From assembly GCA_963728205.1 (NCBI GenBank), contig CAVSIV010000002.1:352001-416000 (forward strand): DNA of 64,000 nucleotides. Direction: 5' to 3'. The stretch comes from an uncultured Chloroflexia bacterium. Lineage in GTDB: Bacteria; Chloroflexota; Dehalococcoidia; UBA2979. Of this stretch, positions 47,251 through 56,779 are shown piece by piece (position 1 is the stretch's first letter; each line of letters begins with the position of its first letter). Below the pieces are notes generated by a model. It ran no database searches. It saw only the letters and a program-made list of their open reading frames with translations, and had not been told where the DNA came from. A program made the position numbers and the translations under genes.

Positions 47251-48384
47251 ATGAGCATGCTCCCGTTCCGCATCGAGTTCTCCGAGCGCGCCATCGACGA
47301 CCTCCACCGGCGCATCGACAACACACGCTGGCCGGAGATCGCCGTCGACCAGGGCTGGGCCGCCGGCGTCAACGACGCGGTGCTCCGCGACCTCGTCCGC
47401 TACTGGCGGCGCGACTACGACTGGTTCGCGGTCCAGGAGCGCCTGAACCGGCTCACGCACCTGCGCGGTCCGATCGGCGGCGAAGAGATGCATTGCGTCG
47501 TGTACACGGGCCCCGGGAGCGAGCGACGCACCCCGCTGCTCCTGCTGCACGGCTGGCCGGGGTCGTTCGTGGAGTTCCTCGCCGCGGCGGAGCTGCTGGC
47601 GGCGGGCATGGACGGTCGTCCGCCGTTCGACCTCGTGATCCCGTCGCTCCCCGGCTTCGCGTTCTCCGAGGCGCCGCGCGAGCCCGGCATGCACCCCGGC
47701 AAGGTCGCCGAGCGGATGCACCTGCTGATGCGTGAGCTCGGCTACGAGCGATACGGCGTCCAGGGCGGCGACTGGGGCGGGATCATCGCGCCCGCGCTCG
47801 CGCGGCAGCAGCCGGACGCGGTCCTCGGGCTACACGTGAACTTTGGCGTGGGCGGCCCCCCGCCGCCGGCCGGCGTCGAGCAGTCGCCCGCCGAGCGGGC
47901 CTACCGCCGGCAGCGCCAGCGCTTCGAGGCGGAGGAGACCGGGTACAGCCGCATCCAGGGCACGCGCCCGCAGAGCCTCGCCTACGCGCAGCACGACTCG
48001 CCGGTCGGTCTGCTCGCGTGGATCCTCGAGAAGTTCTGGGTGTGGAGCGATCACGGCGACGATCTCTGGGACACGTTCGACCGCGAGGCCGTCCTCACCA
48101 ACGTGACGCTGTACTGGCTGACCGGCAGCATCCTGTCGGCGGCGCGCATCTACTACGAGACCTCGCACTCCGGTGGCGCGTTCATGGGCGGTCGCGTCGA
48201 GGTGCCGACCGGATACGCGCGCTTCCCGGCCGAGCCGTTCGCACCGCCGCGCGAGGTGATGGAGCGTGTGGTCAACCTCGTGCACTACGCGGAGCCCGAG
48301 CGCGGCGGCCACTTCGCCGCCATGGAGCAGCCCGAGCTCTTCGCGCGCGACGTCGCGGCATTCTTCGGCGCGCGCGGGCGGTAG
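47251..48384 (+). CDS. Epoxide hydrolase (EHN + alpha/beta hydrolase)
   Basis: HGWPGS, PSLPGF, QGGDWG, GGHFAAMEQP. Confidence 0.94.
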   Translation: MSMLPFRIEFSERAIDDLHRRIDNTRWPEIAVDQGWAAGVNDAVLRDLVRYWRRDYDWFAVQERLNRLTHLRGPIGGEEMHCVVYTGPGSERRTPLLLLHGWPGSFVEFLAAAELLAAGMDGRPPFDLVIPSLPGFAFSEAPREPGMHPGKVAERMHLLMRELGYERYGVQGGDWGGIIAPALARQQPDAVLGLHVNFGVGGPPPPAGVEQSPAERAYRRQRQRFEAEETGYSRIQGTRPQSLAYAQHDSPVGLLAWILEKFWVWSDHGDDLWDTFDREAVLTNVTLYWLTGSILSAARIYYETSHSGGAFMGGRVEVPTGYARFPAEPFAPPREVMERVVNLVHYAEPERGGHFAAMEQPELFARDVAAFFGARGR

Positions 48385-48407
48385 CCGGGGACGCGCGTCG
48401 CATCGCA

Positions 48408-48436
48408 TTGCTCGCAATCTAGCCCGTTCGTACACT
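48408..48436 (+). promoter_or_regulatory. tRNA promoter
   Basis: TTGCTC-17 bp-TACACT followed by a GC-rich discriminator. Confidence 0.6.
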
Positions 48437-48447
48437 GGCGCCCACGC

Positions 48448-48522
48448 GCCCTCGTAGCTCAGGGGATAGAGCACCGGCCTCCGGAGCCGGGTGCGCAGGT
48501 TCGAATCCTGCCGGGGGCACCA
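48448..48522 (+). tRNA. tRNA-Arg (CCG)
   Basis: Acceptor GCCCTCG/CGGGGGC, anticodon arm CCGGC-CTCCGGA-GCCGG, GTTCGAATC T-loop, encoded CCA. Confidence 0.97.
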
Positions 48523-48628
48523 TCGAACCGACCCACCCGCACCGACCAGCGCGCGCGGCTTCCCGGACACGCCCCGACCCGGCTGTGCATGGGCCGCGCC
48601 GCGCCGACCCACAGATGGGGGTTCACCT

Positions 48629-49420
48629 GTGAGCAGTGATCGAAGGCGGAACCGCCGCCGCCAACGGCGCGCGTCTCGCCCCTCCGGCTACACCCCGGCC
48701 GGGCCGGTGCAGTTCACCGGCGTGATGGGGTTCTTCCAGCGCAACACCAAGGCCTTCTTCATCGTGGGTATCGCCGTGATGCTCGTGAGCCTCGGCAGCG
48801 TCGTGATCGCGTCGAAGCTCGGCAACGTCGCGAGCAACACGGCCGCCACGCCCACCGTCGAGGCCAGCGCCACGGCGTCGTCGTCCGCGACCGCAACGGC
48901 GACCGTGCAGCGCACGTACAGCGCACCGCCGCCGATGAGCATCGACACCAGCAAGACGTACGACGCCGTGATCCACCTCGAGAGCGGCGATGTGAAGATC
49001 CAGCTGCTGCCGAAGGACGCGCCGCAGTACGTGAACAACTTCGTGTTCCTCGCGCAGCACCACTTCTACGACGGCCTGACGTTCCACCGGGTCGTGCCCG
49101 GCTTCGTCGCGCAGGCGGGTGACCCGAGCGGCACGGGTTACGAGGACGCCGGCTACAGCCTCCCCGAGGAGACGAACACGCTGCCGTTCGACGCCGGCGT
49201 GATCTCGATGGCGAAGGCCGGGACGCGCGTCAGCAGCTCGCAGTTCTTCATCACGCTCGCGCCGGCCGGCAACCTGAACGGCCAGTTCACCGTCTTCGGC
49301 AAGGTCACGAGCGGCCTGGAGCTGCTGCAGGCGCTGCCCACGCGCGACCCGACCAACCCCGAGGCGCCGTCGGGCGCCGTCATCAAGAGCATCGACATCA
49401 CGGAAGGGAGCGGAGGATGA
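48629..49420 (+). CDS. Membrane-anchored cyclophilin-type peptidylprolyl isomerase
   Basis: Basic N-terminus, one TM helix, Thr/Ala linker, FYDGLTFHRVVPGFVAQAGDP. Confidence 0.92.
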   Translation: MSSDRRRNRRRQRRASRPSGYTPAGPVQFTGVMGFFQRNTKAFFIVGIAVMLVSLGSVVIASKLGNVASNTAATPTVEASATASSSATATATVQRTYSAPPPMSIDTSKTYDAVIHLESGDVKIQLLPKDAPQYVNNFVFLAQHHFYDGLTFHRVVPGFVAQAGDPSGTGYEDAGYSLPEETNTLPFDAGVISMAKAGTRVSSSQFFITLAPAGNLNGQFTVFGKVTSGLELLQALPTRDPTNPEAPSGAVIKSIDITEGSGG

Positions 49421-49920
49421 GCCGCCAGTACGACGCGCCGCCGCCCATGACCATTGACCCCGAGGGTGCCTACCAGGCCGTGCTGCACACCGAGCGCGGC
49501 GACATCACCGTGCGGCTGATGCCGGACGTGGCGCCCGTCACCGTCAACAACTTCGTGTTCCTCGCGCGCGAGGGCTTCTACGACGGCTGCACGTTCCACC
49601 GCGTGATCCCCGGGTTCGTCGCCCAGGGCGGCGACCCCACCGGCTCCGGCCGCGGTGGCCCCGGCTATCGCATCCCCGACGAGCTCAACGAGACGCCGTT
49701 CGACCAGGGCGTGCTCGGCATGGCGAACGCCGGCCCGAACACGAACGGGTCGCAGTTCTACCTGATGATCGGCGACGCACCCCACTTGAACGGGCGCTAC
49801 ACGGCGTTCGGGCGTGTGGAGTCCGGGATGGATGTCGCGCTCGCCCTGCGGCCGCGCGACCCGGCGAGCGACCCCAGCCCGGGCGATCGCATCGAGTCCG
49901 TGGAGATCGTCGAGGGCTGA
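49417..49920 (+). CDS. Cytoplasmic cyclophilin-type peptidylprolyl isomerase
   Basis: FYDGCTFHRVIPGFVAQGGDP, MANAGPNTNGSQF; ATGA overlap. Confidence 0.95.
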   Translation: MSRQYDAPPPMTIDPEGAYQAVLHTERGDITVRLMPDVAPVTVNNFVFLAREGFYDGCTFHRVIPGFVAQGGDPTGSGRGGPGYRIPDELNETPFDQGVLGMANAGPNTNGSQFYLMIGDAPHLNGRYTAFGRVESGMDVALALRPRDPASDPSPGDRIESVEIVEG

Positions 49921-50018
49921 GCCCCGACGCGCGACCCCGTCGCCCGGTGAGACGCCCGTATCGGGTGCGATAGATACGGAACCGGCCCGCTTCCGCCGAT
50001 ATTGATCGGGGGGCAGGC

Positions 50019-51566
50019 ATGGATCCCGATGGACGTCCTCGTGTGCTCGTCGTCGGCGATGAAGAGGCCGAGTGTGACGTCCTGATCGCCGCGCTCCACC
50101 AGGCCGGCTATACGACCGACCTCGTCCGCGGCGCCGCCGCCGCCTGCGCCGCCCTCCGCCGCTCTGACTTCGACGCGGTGCTCGCCGACCTCCCGGCGCC
50201 CGACGTCGACGCCTTCGCCATCCTGCGCGCCTCGCGCCGCCGCTCGCCAGCGCCGCGCGTCGTGTTCCTGCTTCCCGCGACGCCACTTGGCGCCGAACCG
50301 CTGCTGCCCAGCCTGCGCGGCGAGGCGTTCGACTGCCTGCGCCACCCGCTCGCTCACGCCGCGATCGCCGACCGCCTGGCGGCCGCCGTCGCGGAGTCGC
50401 GCGCGGAGGAGCGCGCGCTCGCGGTATCGCGCGTGCACGGTGCGCGCGCTCCGATGAACCTGAACGAGAGCCGCGCCGACCGCTGGGGGCAGCTTCTCAC
50501 CACGCTCGCCGATCCCGTGATCGGTCCCGAGGACCTCGTGCACGTCGCGGTGGCCGGCGCGCGCTCCGCCACGGCCGCCGTCGATGCCTGGGTGTATGCA
50601 CCCGGCCCGGCCGCGGGCGACGCGAGCTGTATCGCCCACGCGGGCGGCGCCGGCGACCAGGCGGCGGTGGTCGCCGCGAGCCTCGGCCGCGAGACGCGCA
50701 CCGAGGGACGGCCGCTCTCGATCGTCGTCGGCTCCGCCGAGGACGCCGCCGCCGGCACCTACGAGGCGCTGCCGCTGCCGGGAATCGACGGCATCCGCGC
50801 GCTCGTCCTCTACTTCGCCGCCGGGTCGGCGCTGGCCGCCGAGGACCGCCCGCTGCTCGCCGCGGCCGCGGCTCACCTCGGCCGGCGACTCTCCGGGAGC
50901 GGCGACGGCGCGGTGCTCGGCGACGGCGACCCGACCGTCGACTACATCGTGCAGGCGCTGGCCGGGGCGCTGGCGCTCCACGACGCCGCCACCGAGGAGC
51001 ACTCGCGGCGCGTCGGCGCGTTCGCCAGCGACCTCGCGCTGGCCGCCGGCCTGCCGCCTTCGAGCGCGGAGCTGCGCGACATCGAGCGCGCGGCGCTGCT
51101 GCACGACATCGGCAAGCTCGCCGTCGGCAAGGAGCTGCTGCGCAAGCGCGCGCCGCTCACGGCGTTGGAAGCGCTGGAGCTGCGCGACCACCCGCTGCAC
51201 GGCTACCAGGTGCTGCGCGAGATCCCGGGGCTGCAGGGCGCGGCAGCGATGATTCACGCGGCACACGAGCACTGGGACGGCCGCGGCTACCCGCGCCGCC
51301 TGGCGGGCGAGCAGATCCCGCTGGGCGCGCGCATCGTGCTGGTCGCCGACACCTGGGACACGATGACGGCCGGGCGCCCGTACCGCTCGCCCGTCGGTGC
51401 GGAGGCCGCGGCGCGAGAGATCCGGGGCCTCGCGGGGGCGCAGTTCGACCCGCTGGTCGTGCGCGCGTTCGAGCAGGTGGTCGCGCGCTGGTCGGCGCTG
51501 CTCGGCGCTGAGCCGGGCGCCGTCGAACCGCAGTTTGCAGACGGCTGGCGGCGGACCGCGGCCTAG
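50019..51566 (+). CDS. HD-GYP cyclic di-GMP phosphodiesterase with degenerate receiver domain
   Basis: HSRRV, LLHDIGK, HEHWDGRGYP, GRPYR, QFDP; REC-like N-terminus lacking the conserved Lys. Confidence 0.9.
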   Translation: MDPDGRPRVLVVGDEEAECDVLIAALHQAGYTTDLVRGAAAACAALRRSDFDAVLADLPAPDVDAFAILRASRRRSPAPRVVFLLPATPLGAEPLLPSLRGEAFDCLRHPLAHAAIADRLAAAVAESRAEERALAVSRVHGARAPMNLNESRADRWGQLLTTLADPVIGPEDLVHVAVAGARSATAAVDAWVYAPGPAAGDASCIAHAGGAGDQAAVVAASLGRETRTEGRPLSIVVGSAEDAAAGTYEALPLPGIDGIRALVLYFAAGSALAAEDRPLLAAAAAHLGRRLSGSGDGAVLGDGDPTVDYIVQALAGALALHDAATEEHSRRVGAFASDLALAAGLPPSSAELRDIERAALLHDIGKLAVGKELLRKRAPLTALEALELRDHPLHGYQVLREIPGLQGAAAMIHAAHEHWDGRGYPRRLAGEQIPLGARIVLVADTWDTMTAGRPYRSPVGAEAAAREIRGLAGAQFDPLVVRAFEQVVARWSALLGAEPGAVEPQFADGWRRTAA

Positions 51567-51760
51567 CGCGGCGGCGTGGCCGCGTGGCGCTCGACCAGCA
51601 GCATGAGGCCGATCGAGGGGATGAACATCAGCAGGGCGATGATGGCGGGCACGACGAGGCCGCCGATGAGCAGCAGCAGGCCGATCGCGAGGGCGAACGA
51701 CATCCCGAGCACCGACCCGATGCGCGCAACGAGCAAATAGGGGGGAATTCCGTCAGGCAT
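51563..51760 (-). CDS. Small two-TM membrane protein (65 aa)
   Basis: Strongly hydrophobic ORF that exactly fills the gap between the two signalling genes. Confidence 0.65.
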   Translation of the reverse strand: MPDGIPPYLLVARIGSVLGMSFALAIGLLLLIGGLVVPAIIALLMFIPSIGLMLLVERHAATPPR

Positions 51761-54700
51761 GAGGCTGCGGCAGATCGTAACAGCGGCCCCCGGAAGGGAC
51801 AACGAATCGCTCGCCGTGCTCGACGGGGAGCGTCGTCGGCGCCTGCGGAACGTCTCGCTGATCCGGCGGCTCATGGTGGCGGGCTCGCTCCCGCTCGCCG
51901 TGCTGATGCTGATCGGCGCGACCCCGCTCCCGCGCAGCGGCGGCGCCGTGCTCCTCGCCGCGGCCGTGCTCTCCGAGTCCGAGCTGCTCGTGCTGCGCGC
52001 GATGCGCCGCCCGTCGCTCTTCGAGGCCTGCCTGCTCGTCTCCCGCCTGCTCTCGGCGACCGCGATCGTGGCGGCGTTCACCATCACGCGCTGGCCGGTC
52101 GACCTGATGCCGGCCGCGCTGCTGCTCGTCATCCTCTCCTCGGCCGCCGTGCTGCGCGACTGGGCGACGATTGGGGTCGTCGTCTACACCGCGACGGTGA
52201 TGCTCGTCGCGGCCGACCTGTTGCCGCTGGTGCACCTGCCGGCAGCGATCGGCGACAGCGACATGTCGGCGACCGCAATCGTCTACGCCCTGGTCGTCTT
52301 CCCCGGCGCGGCCTGGTACGTGCGCCACGGGCTGCGGGTCACCCATATCGCGCGCGAGTCGCTCGACGAGGTGCGCGGCCGCCTGGGCGAGACCGAGGCG
52401 GCGTTGCGGTCGTCGCAGCGAGAGCTCGAGGGCTGGAACCAGCAGCTCCAGCGCGAGGTCGCCGCGCAGACGTCTGAGCTGGAGGAGCGCAACCGCTACC
52501 TCTCGATCGTCAGCGCCGTCTCGTTCACGCTCAGCGACTCGATGGATGGCGGCGACTCGCTCGAGCGCGCGATCCGCCTCGTGGCGCGTCTGCTGGAGAT
52601 GCGCGCCGGCCAGGCGTACCAGCTCGGCACTGCCGACCGCCCGGGCGTCTCCCTCTTCGTGCCGGTGCAGGGCGATGACCACGACGCCCCGCGCCTCCCG
52701 GAGTCCGTGCTGCGGCTGGCCGCGGAGCGCGGGAGCTACCTGCGCTCCGACCAGGCCGGCGAGGCGGACCTGCCCGACATCGGCGAGCCGTACGTCGCCG
52801 CCCCGCTGGTGGCGAAGGGGCGCGTGGTCGGGTCGTTCGCGCTGATCGGTCACGGGCGGCGCGCGCTCGGCGAGCAGGAGCATCACCTGCTGCTGCTGCT
52901 GGGGCGCGAGATTGGGATCGTGCTCGAGAACGGTCGCCTGTACCACGAGGCGGTCGAGCGCGCCGACCGCGAGCAGCTGCTCGCCGAGGCCGTGCGACTG
53001 ATGAACGGGCGCAGCTCGCGCGACCGCGCGATGACCCAGGCGCTCGAGCTGATCTCGCGCCACCTCGGCGCCGAGGTCTCCGCGCTCGTCGGGCTGCCCG
53101 AGGGTCCGCGGAAGCCGCAGCTTGTCGCGAGCGTCTCCTCGGGGCACGCGCCCGTCGACGAGGCGATCGACCGCGTGCTGCGTGGCGTGCCGTCGCTGAT
53201 CAGCGACCGCTGGGCCCCGATGGTGCTCGGCGAGGGCGGCGAGGCACCGCTGTCGAGCGAGCTGGCGCAGCGCGGCATCGGCACGCTGGTGCTCGCGCCG
53301 GTGATCGCGGCCCGCAGCACGCAGGGCCTGCTGCCGCAGCGCGGCAAGGAGCCGGCGCCGCTGCGGCCGCCCGTGGCGACCCGCTCGATCGTCGGCGTAC
53401 TGACGATTGCGATGGCAGCCGGCGGAGGCTGGGACGCGGGCCGCACCGCCGTGGTCGAGCGCGTCGCCGGCATCCTCTCGCGGCGCATGGAGACCGACGA
53501 GCTGCTGCAGCTGCAGCAGCGGCGCATCACCGAGCTGTCGAGCCTTGCGGAGATCGCGCGCCTGATGCAGACCGGCGCCGATACCGAGCGCCTCTACAGC
53601 GGCTTCGCGCAGTCGCTGTTCACGCTGCTGAGCTACCAGGACCTGTACATCGCGCGCCTCGACGACGCCGGCGAGCTGCACGAGATTCCGAGCTTCACCG
53701 CCGGCGGTCGCCCGCAACCGCAGCCGGCGTTCGCCCGGGAGGACGCGCGCCACCGCTGGTTCGGGCTGCGCGGCGCGGCGTCGTGGATCGCGCTCGAGGA
53801 GCAAGCGCCGTCGTTCGTCGACCGCGACGACCGCGTGGGGCTCGTGGTGCCGATGCGACCCAAGGGGCAGCTGCTCGGGCTCGTCGTGCTCGGGCTGTCG
53901 ACGCCGGCGCAGCTGGACCAGGTGCGCATCGTGGAGCAGGCGGTCGAGCAGCTCGCGCTCGCGCTGGACGGCGCCGCGCTCTACCGGCAGGCGACCGAGC
54001 GCGCCTCGCACATCCAGGCGCTGAGCAACCTGGCCCGCATCGTGGCGTCGGTGGTGGACCTGCGCGAGGCGTTCGACGCCTTCGCCGAGGAGGTCCGCTG
54101 GCTGATCCCGTTCGAGCGCGCCGTGATGCTGCTGATGGACGCGCAGTCGGAGCTGATTCGAGCCGTACGCCACCTACCCCGAGGAGCCGGCGGGACGCCG
54201 CCAGCAGCGTCCGCTGGCCGGGTCGCTGGCGGAGGTCGCGGTCGAAGCGGGCGTGCCAATCACGCTGAGCCGGTCCGACGAGCGCTACTCCGCGCACGAG
54301 TGGAGCCTGTTCGGGGACGACGCGCAGCACGTCGCAGCGGTGCCGGTGCGGCACGGCACACGCACGGTGGCGGTGTTTGCTCTCGTGCAGAGCGGGGACG
54401 CGGCGTACTCGGCGAGCGACCTCGACGCGCTGGGCGAGGTCGCCGGTCTACTCGGCGTCACGATCGAGCGCCTGCGCCTCTACGAGCAGGCCGAGCACAG
54501 CGCGCGGCACGACGCCCTCACCGGGCTGCCCAACTACCGCTACCTGCAAGAGCGGCTCGGCCGCGTCCGGGCGGGCGTCGGCGCGGCCGGCGAGAGCGCG
54601 GTGTTCCTCGTCGACATGGACAGCCTCAAGCTCTTCAACGACACCCTCGGCCACGAGGCCGGCGACCGCGTCATCCAGATCGTCGCCCGCACGCTCCGCG

Positions 54701-55506
54701 AGTCGGTGGGCGAGTCCAACTTCGTCGCGCGCACCGGCGGCGACGAGTTCGTGGTCGTGATGGAGGGCGTCTCCGCCGAGGAGGCGGAGGCCGCGGCGGG
54801 CCGCATGCACGAGCGGCTGCGCGAGGCGCACTTCGAGTTTGCGAACGCGCCGTGCTCAATCGGCATCTCGGTCGGCGTGGCGATGGCGCCGGGCGACGCC
54901 GACAACACGGCCGACCTCCTGCAGCTGGCAGACCACGCGATGTACACGGCGAAGTTCGGCGGCGGCAACCGCACCGTGTTCGCGACGGAGGGCATCAGCG
55001 GCAACGTGCCGGTATCGCTTCGCGGACGTCAGAGCCGGCTGCTCGAGCTGACGATGCAGGCGTGCACCGACGGCGCGACGGGCGTCGAGCGCTCGGCCCT
55101 CGCGCGCGCGGAGCGGTACGTCGCGGCGCTCGCCGCCCGCTACCAGCTCTCGGATCTGCCCCAGATGGCGCTGCGGCTGCTGGTCGCCGCCGAGGTCGGG
55201 CAGCGCATCACGCTGACGGGCAACGCGATGAACCGGCGTATCGCGGACGTGCTGGTGCGCGGGGCGCGCCTCGAGATCGAGACGATGGCGCCGGACCAGG
55301 CCGCGCTGCTGACGGCGATCCCGACGGCGCTCGTCGACGTGGCATGGCAGCAGCAGGGGACGGGCGGACAGGCGGTCGACGTCGAGACGGCGCTGCGCGT
55401 CGTGCGGGCGCGGTACGCGGGCCGGCTGCCGGAGCGCGTGCTCGACGACATCGACGCGATCGCCCTGGCCGACGCCGGCAGCCATAGCGACCGCCGCGCC
55501 GCCTGA
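51759..55506 (+). CDS. Membrane multi-GAF diguanylate cyclase; one frameshift near 54157
   Basis: N-terminal TM bundle, coiled coil, GAF-like repeats, HDALTGLPNYR, ARTGGDEF; deleting one T at 54157-54158 joins the two ORFs; true start may be downstream (e.g. GTG 51816). Confidence 0.85.
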
Positions 55507-55634
55507 GCGCCGCCGCTCCTTTGTCGACCCTGCTGCGTCCCCGCCCGTCTCGCTGCGCCGGCACCGCAACGCGCCCGCGTCGCGTACGCTCGCGCGCGCC
55601 GCGATCCGCGACGCGGCGGAGAGGAGCGGCCGGC

Positions 55635-56728
55635 ATGACCGCGCAGCGCATCGCGGTGATCCCGGGAGACGGCATCGGCAAGGAAGTGGTGCCCGAGGGC
55701 ATCCGGGTCCTCGAGGCGGCTGCGTCCCGGTTCGAGCATCGACGCTGCAGTTCGACCGTCTTCGACTTCGCGTCGTGGGACTACTACGAGCGGCACGGCA
55801 AGATGCTGCCCGACGACTGGAAGGACCAGATCGGCGGCCACGACGCCATCTTCTTCGGCGCCGTCGGCTGGCCGGCGAAGATCGCCGGACCACGTCTCGC
55901 TGTGGGGCTCGCTGCTGCAGTTCCGCCGCGAGTTCGACCAGTACGTGAACCTGCGGCCCGGCGCGGCTGATGCCCGGCATCGTCGCGCCGGTGGTGCGCC
56001 GCGACGGCTCCGCCCGCGAGCCCGGCGAGATCGACATGTGATCGTGCGCGAGAACACCGAGGGCGAGTACTCGAGCATCGGCGGCCGCATGTTCGCGGGC
56101 ACCGAGCGCGAGATCGTGATGCAGGAGACGGTGATGTCGCGCATCGGCGTCGACCGCGTGCTGAAGTTCGCGTTCGAGCTGGCGCGGTCGCGGCCGAAGA
56201 AGCACCTGACGAGCGCGACGAAGTCGAACGGCATCGCGATCACGATGCCGTACTGGGACGAGCGCGTCGCGGCGATGGCGAAGGCAGTACCCCGAGGTCA
56301 CGGTCGACCAGCTTCCACATCGACATCCTCACGGCGCACTTCGTGCAGCGGCCCGAGTTCTTCGACGTGGTGGTGGCGAGCAACCTCTTCGGCGACATCC
56401 TGAGCGACCTCGGGCCGGCGTGCACGGGCACGATCGGCATCGCGCCGAGCGCCAACCTCAATCCCGACCGCGGCGTTCCCGTCGCTGTTCGAGCCGGTGC
56501 ACGGCTCGGCGCCGGACATCGCCGGGAAGCAGCATCGCCAACCCGATCGGGCAGATCTGGTGCGGGGCGATGATGCTGGAGTTCCTCGGGCATCGCGCGG
56601 CGCACGACGCGATCCTGCGCGCGATCGAGGAGGTGCTCGACCCGGAGAGCGGCGCGCCGCGCACGCCGGACATCGGCGGCACGGCGCGGACGAGCGAGCT
56701 GGGCGCCGCGATCGCGGACGCGCTGTAG
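55635..56728 (+). pseudogene. ttuC: Tartrate/D-malate dehydrogenase with multiple frameshifts (pseudogene or assembly artefact)
   Basis: IPGDGIGKEV, RENTEGEYS, TSATKSNG, SNLFGDILSDL, EPVHGSAPDI, ANPIGQIW distributed over different frames. Confidence 0.85.
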
Positions 56729-56779
56729 CCGGTCGCGGCTCGCCGTGCGGATCGAGTCGAGCCGCCGGCCCGCGGTGTC

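Noticed and set aside
48448-48630. Integrated element at tRNA-Arg
   Set aside because: Housekeeping cyclophilin genes follow directly; no integrase or att duplication.
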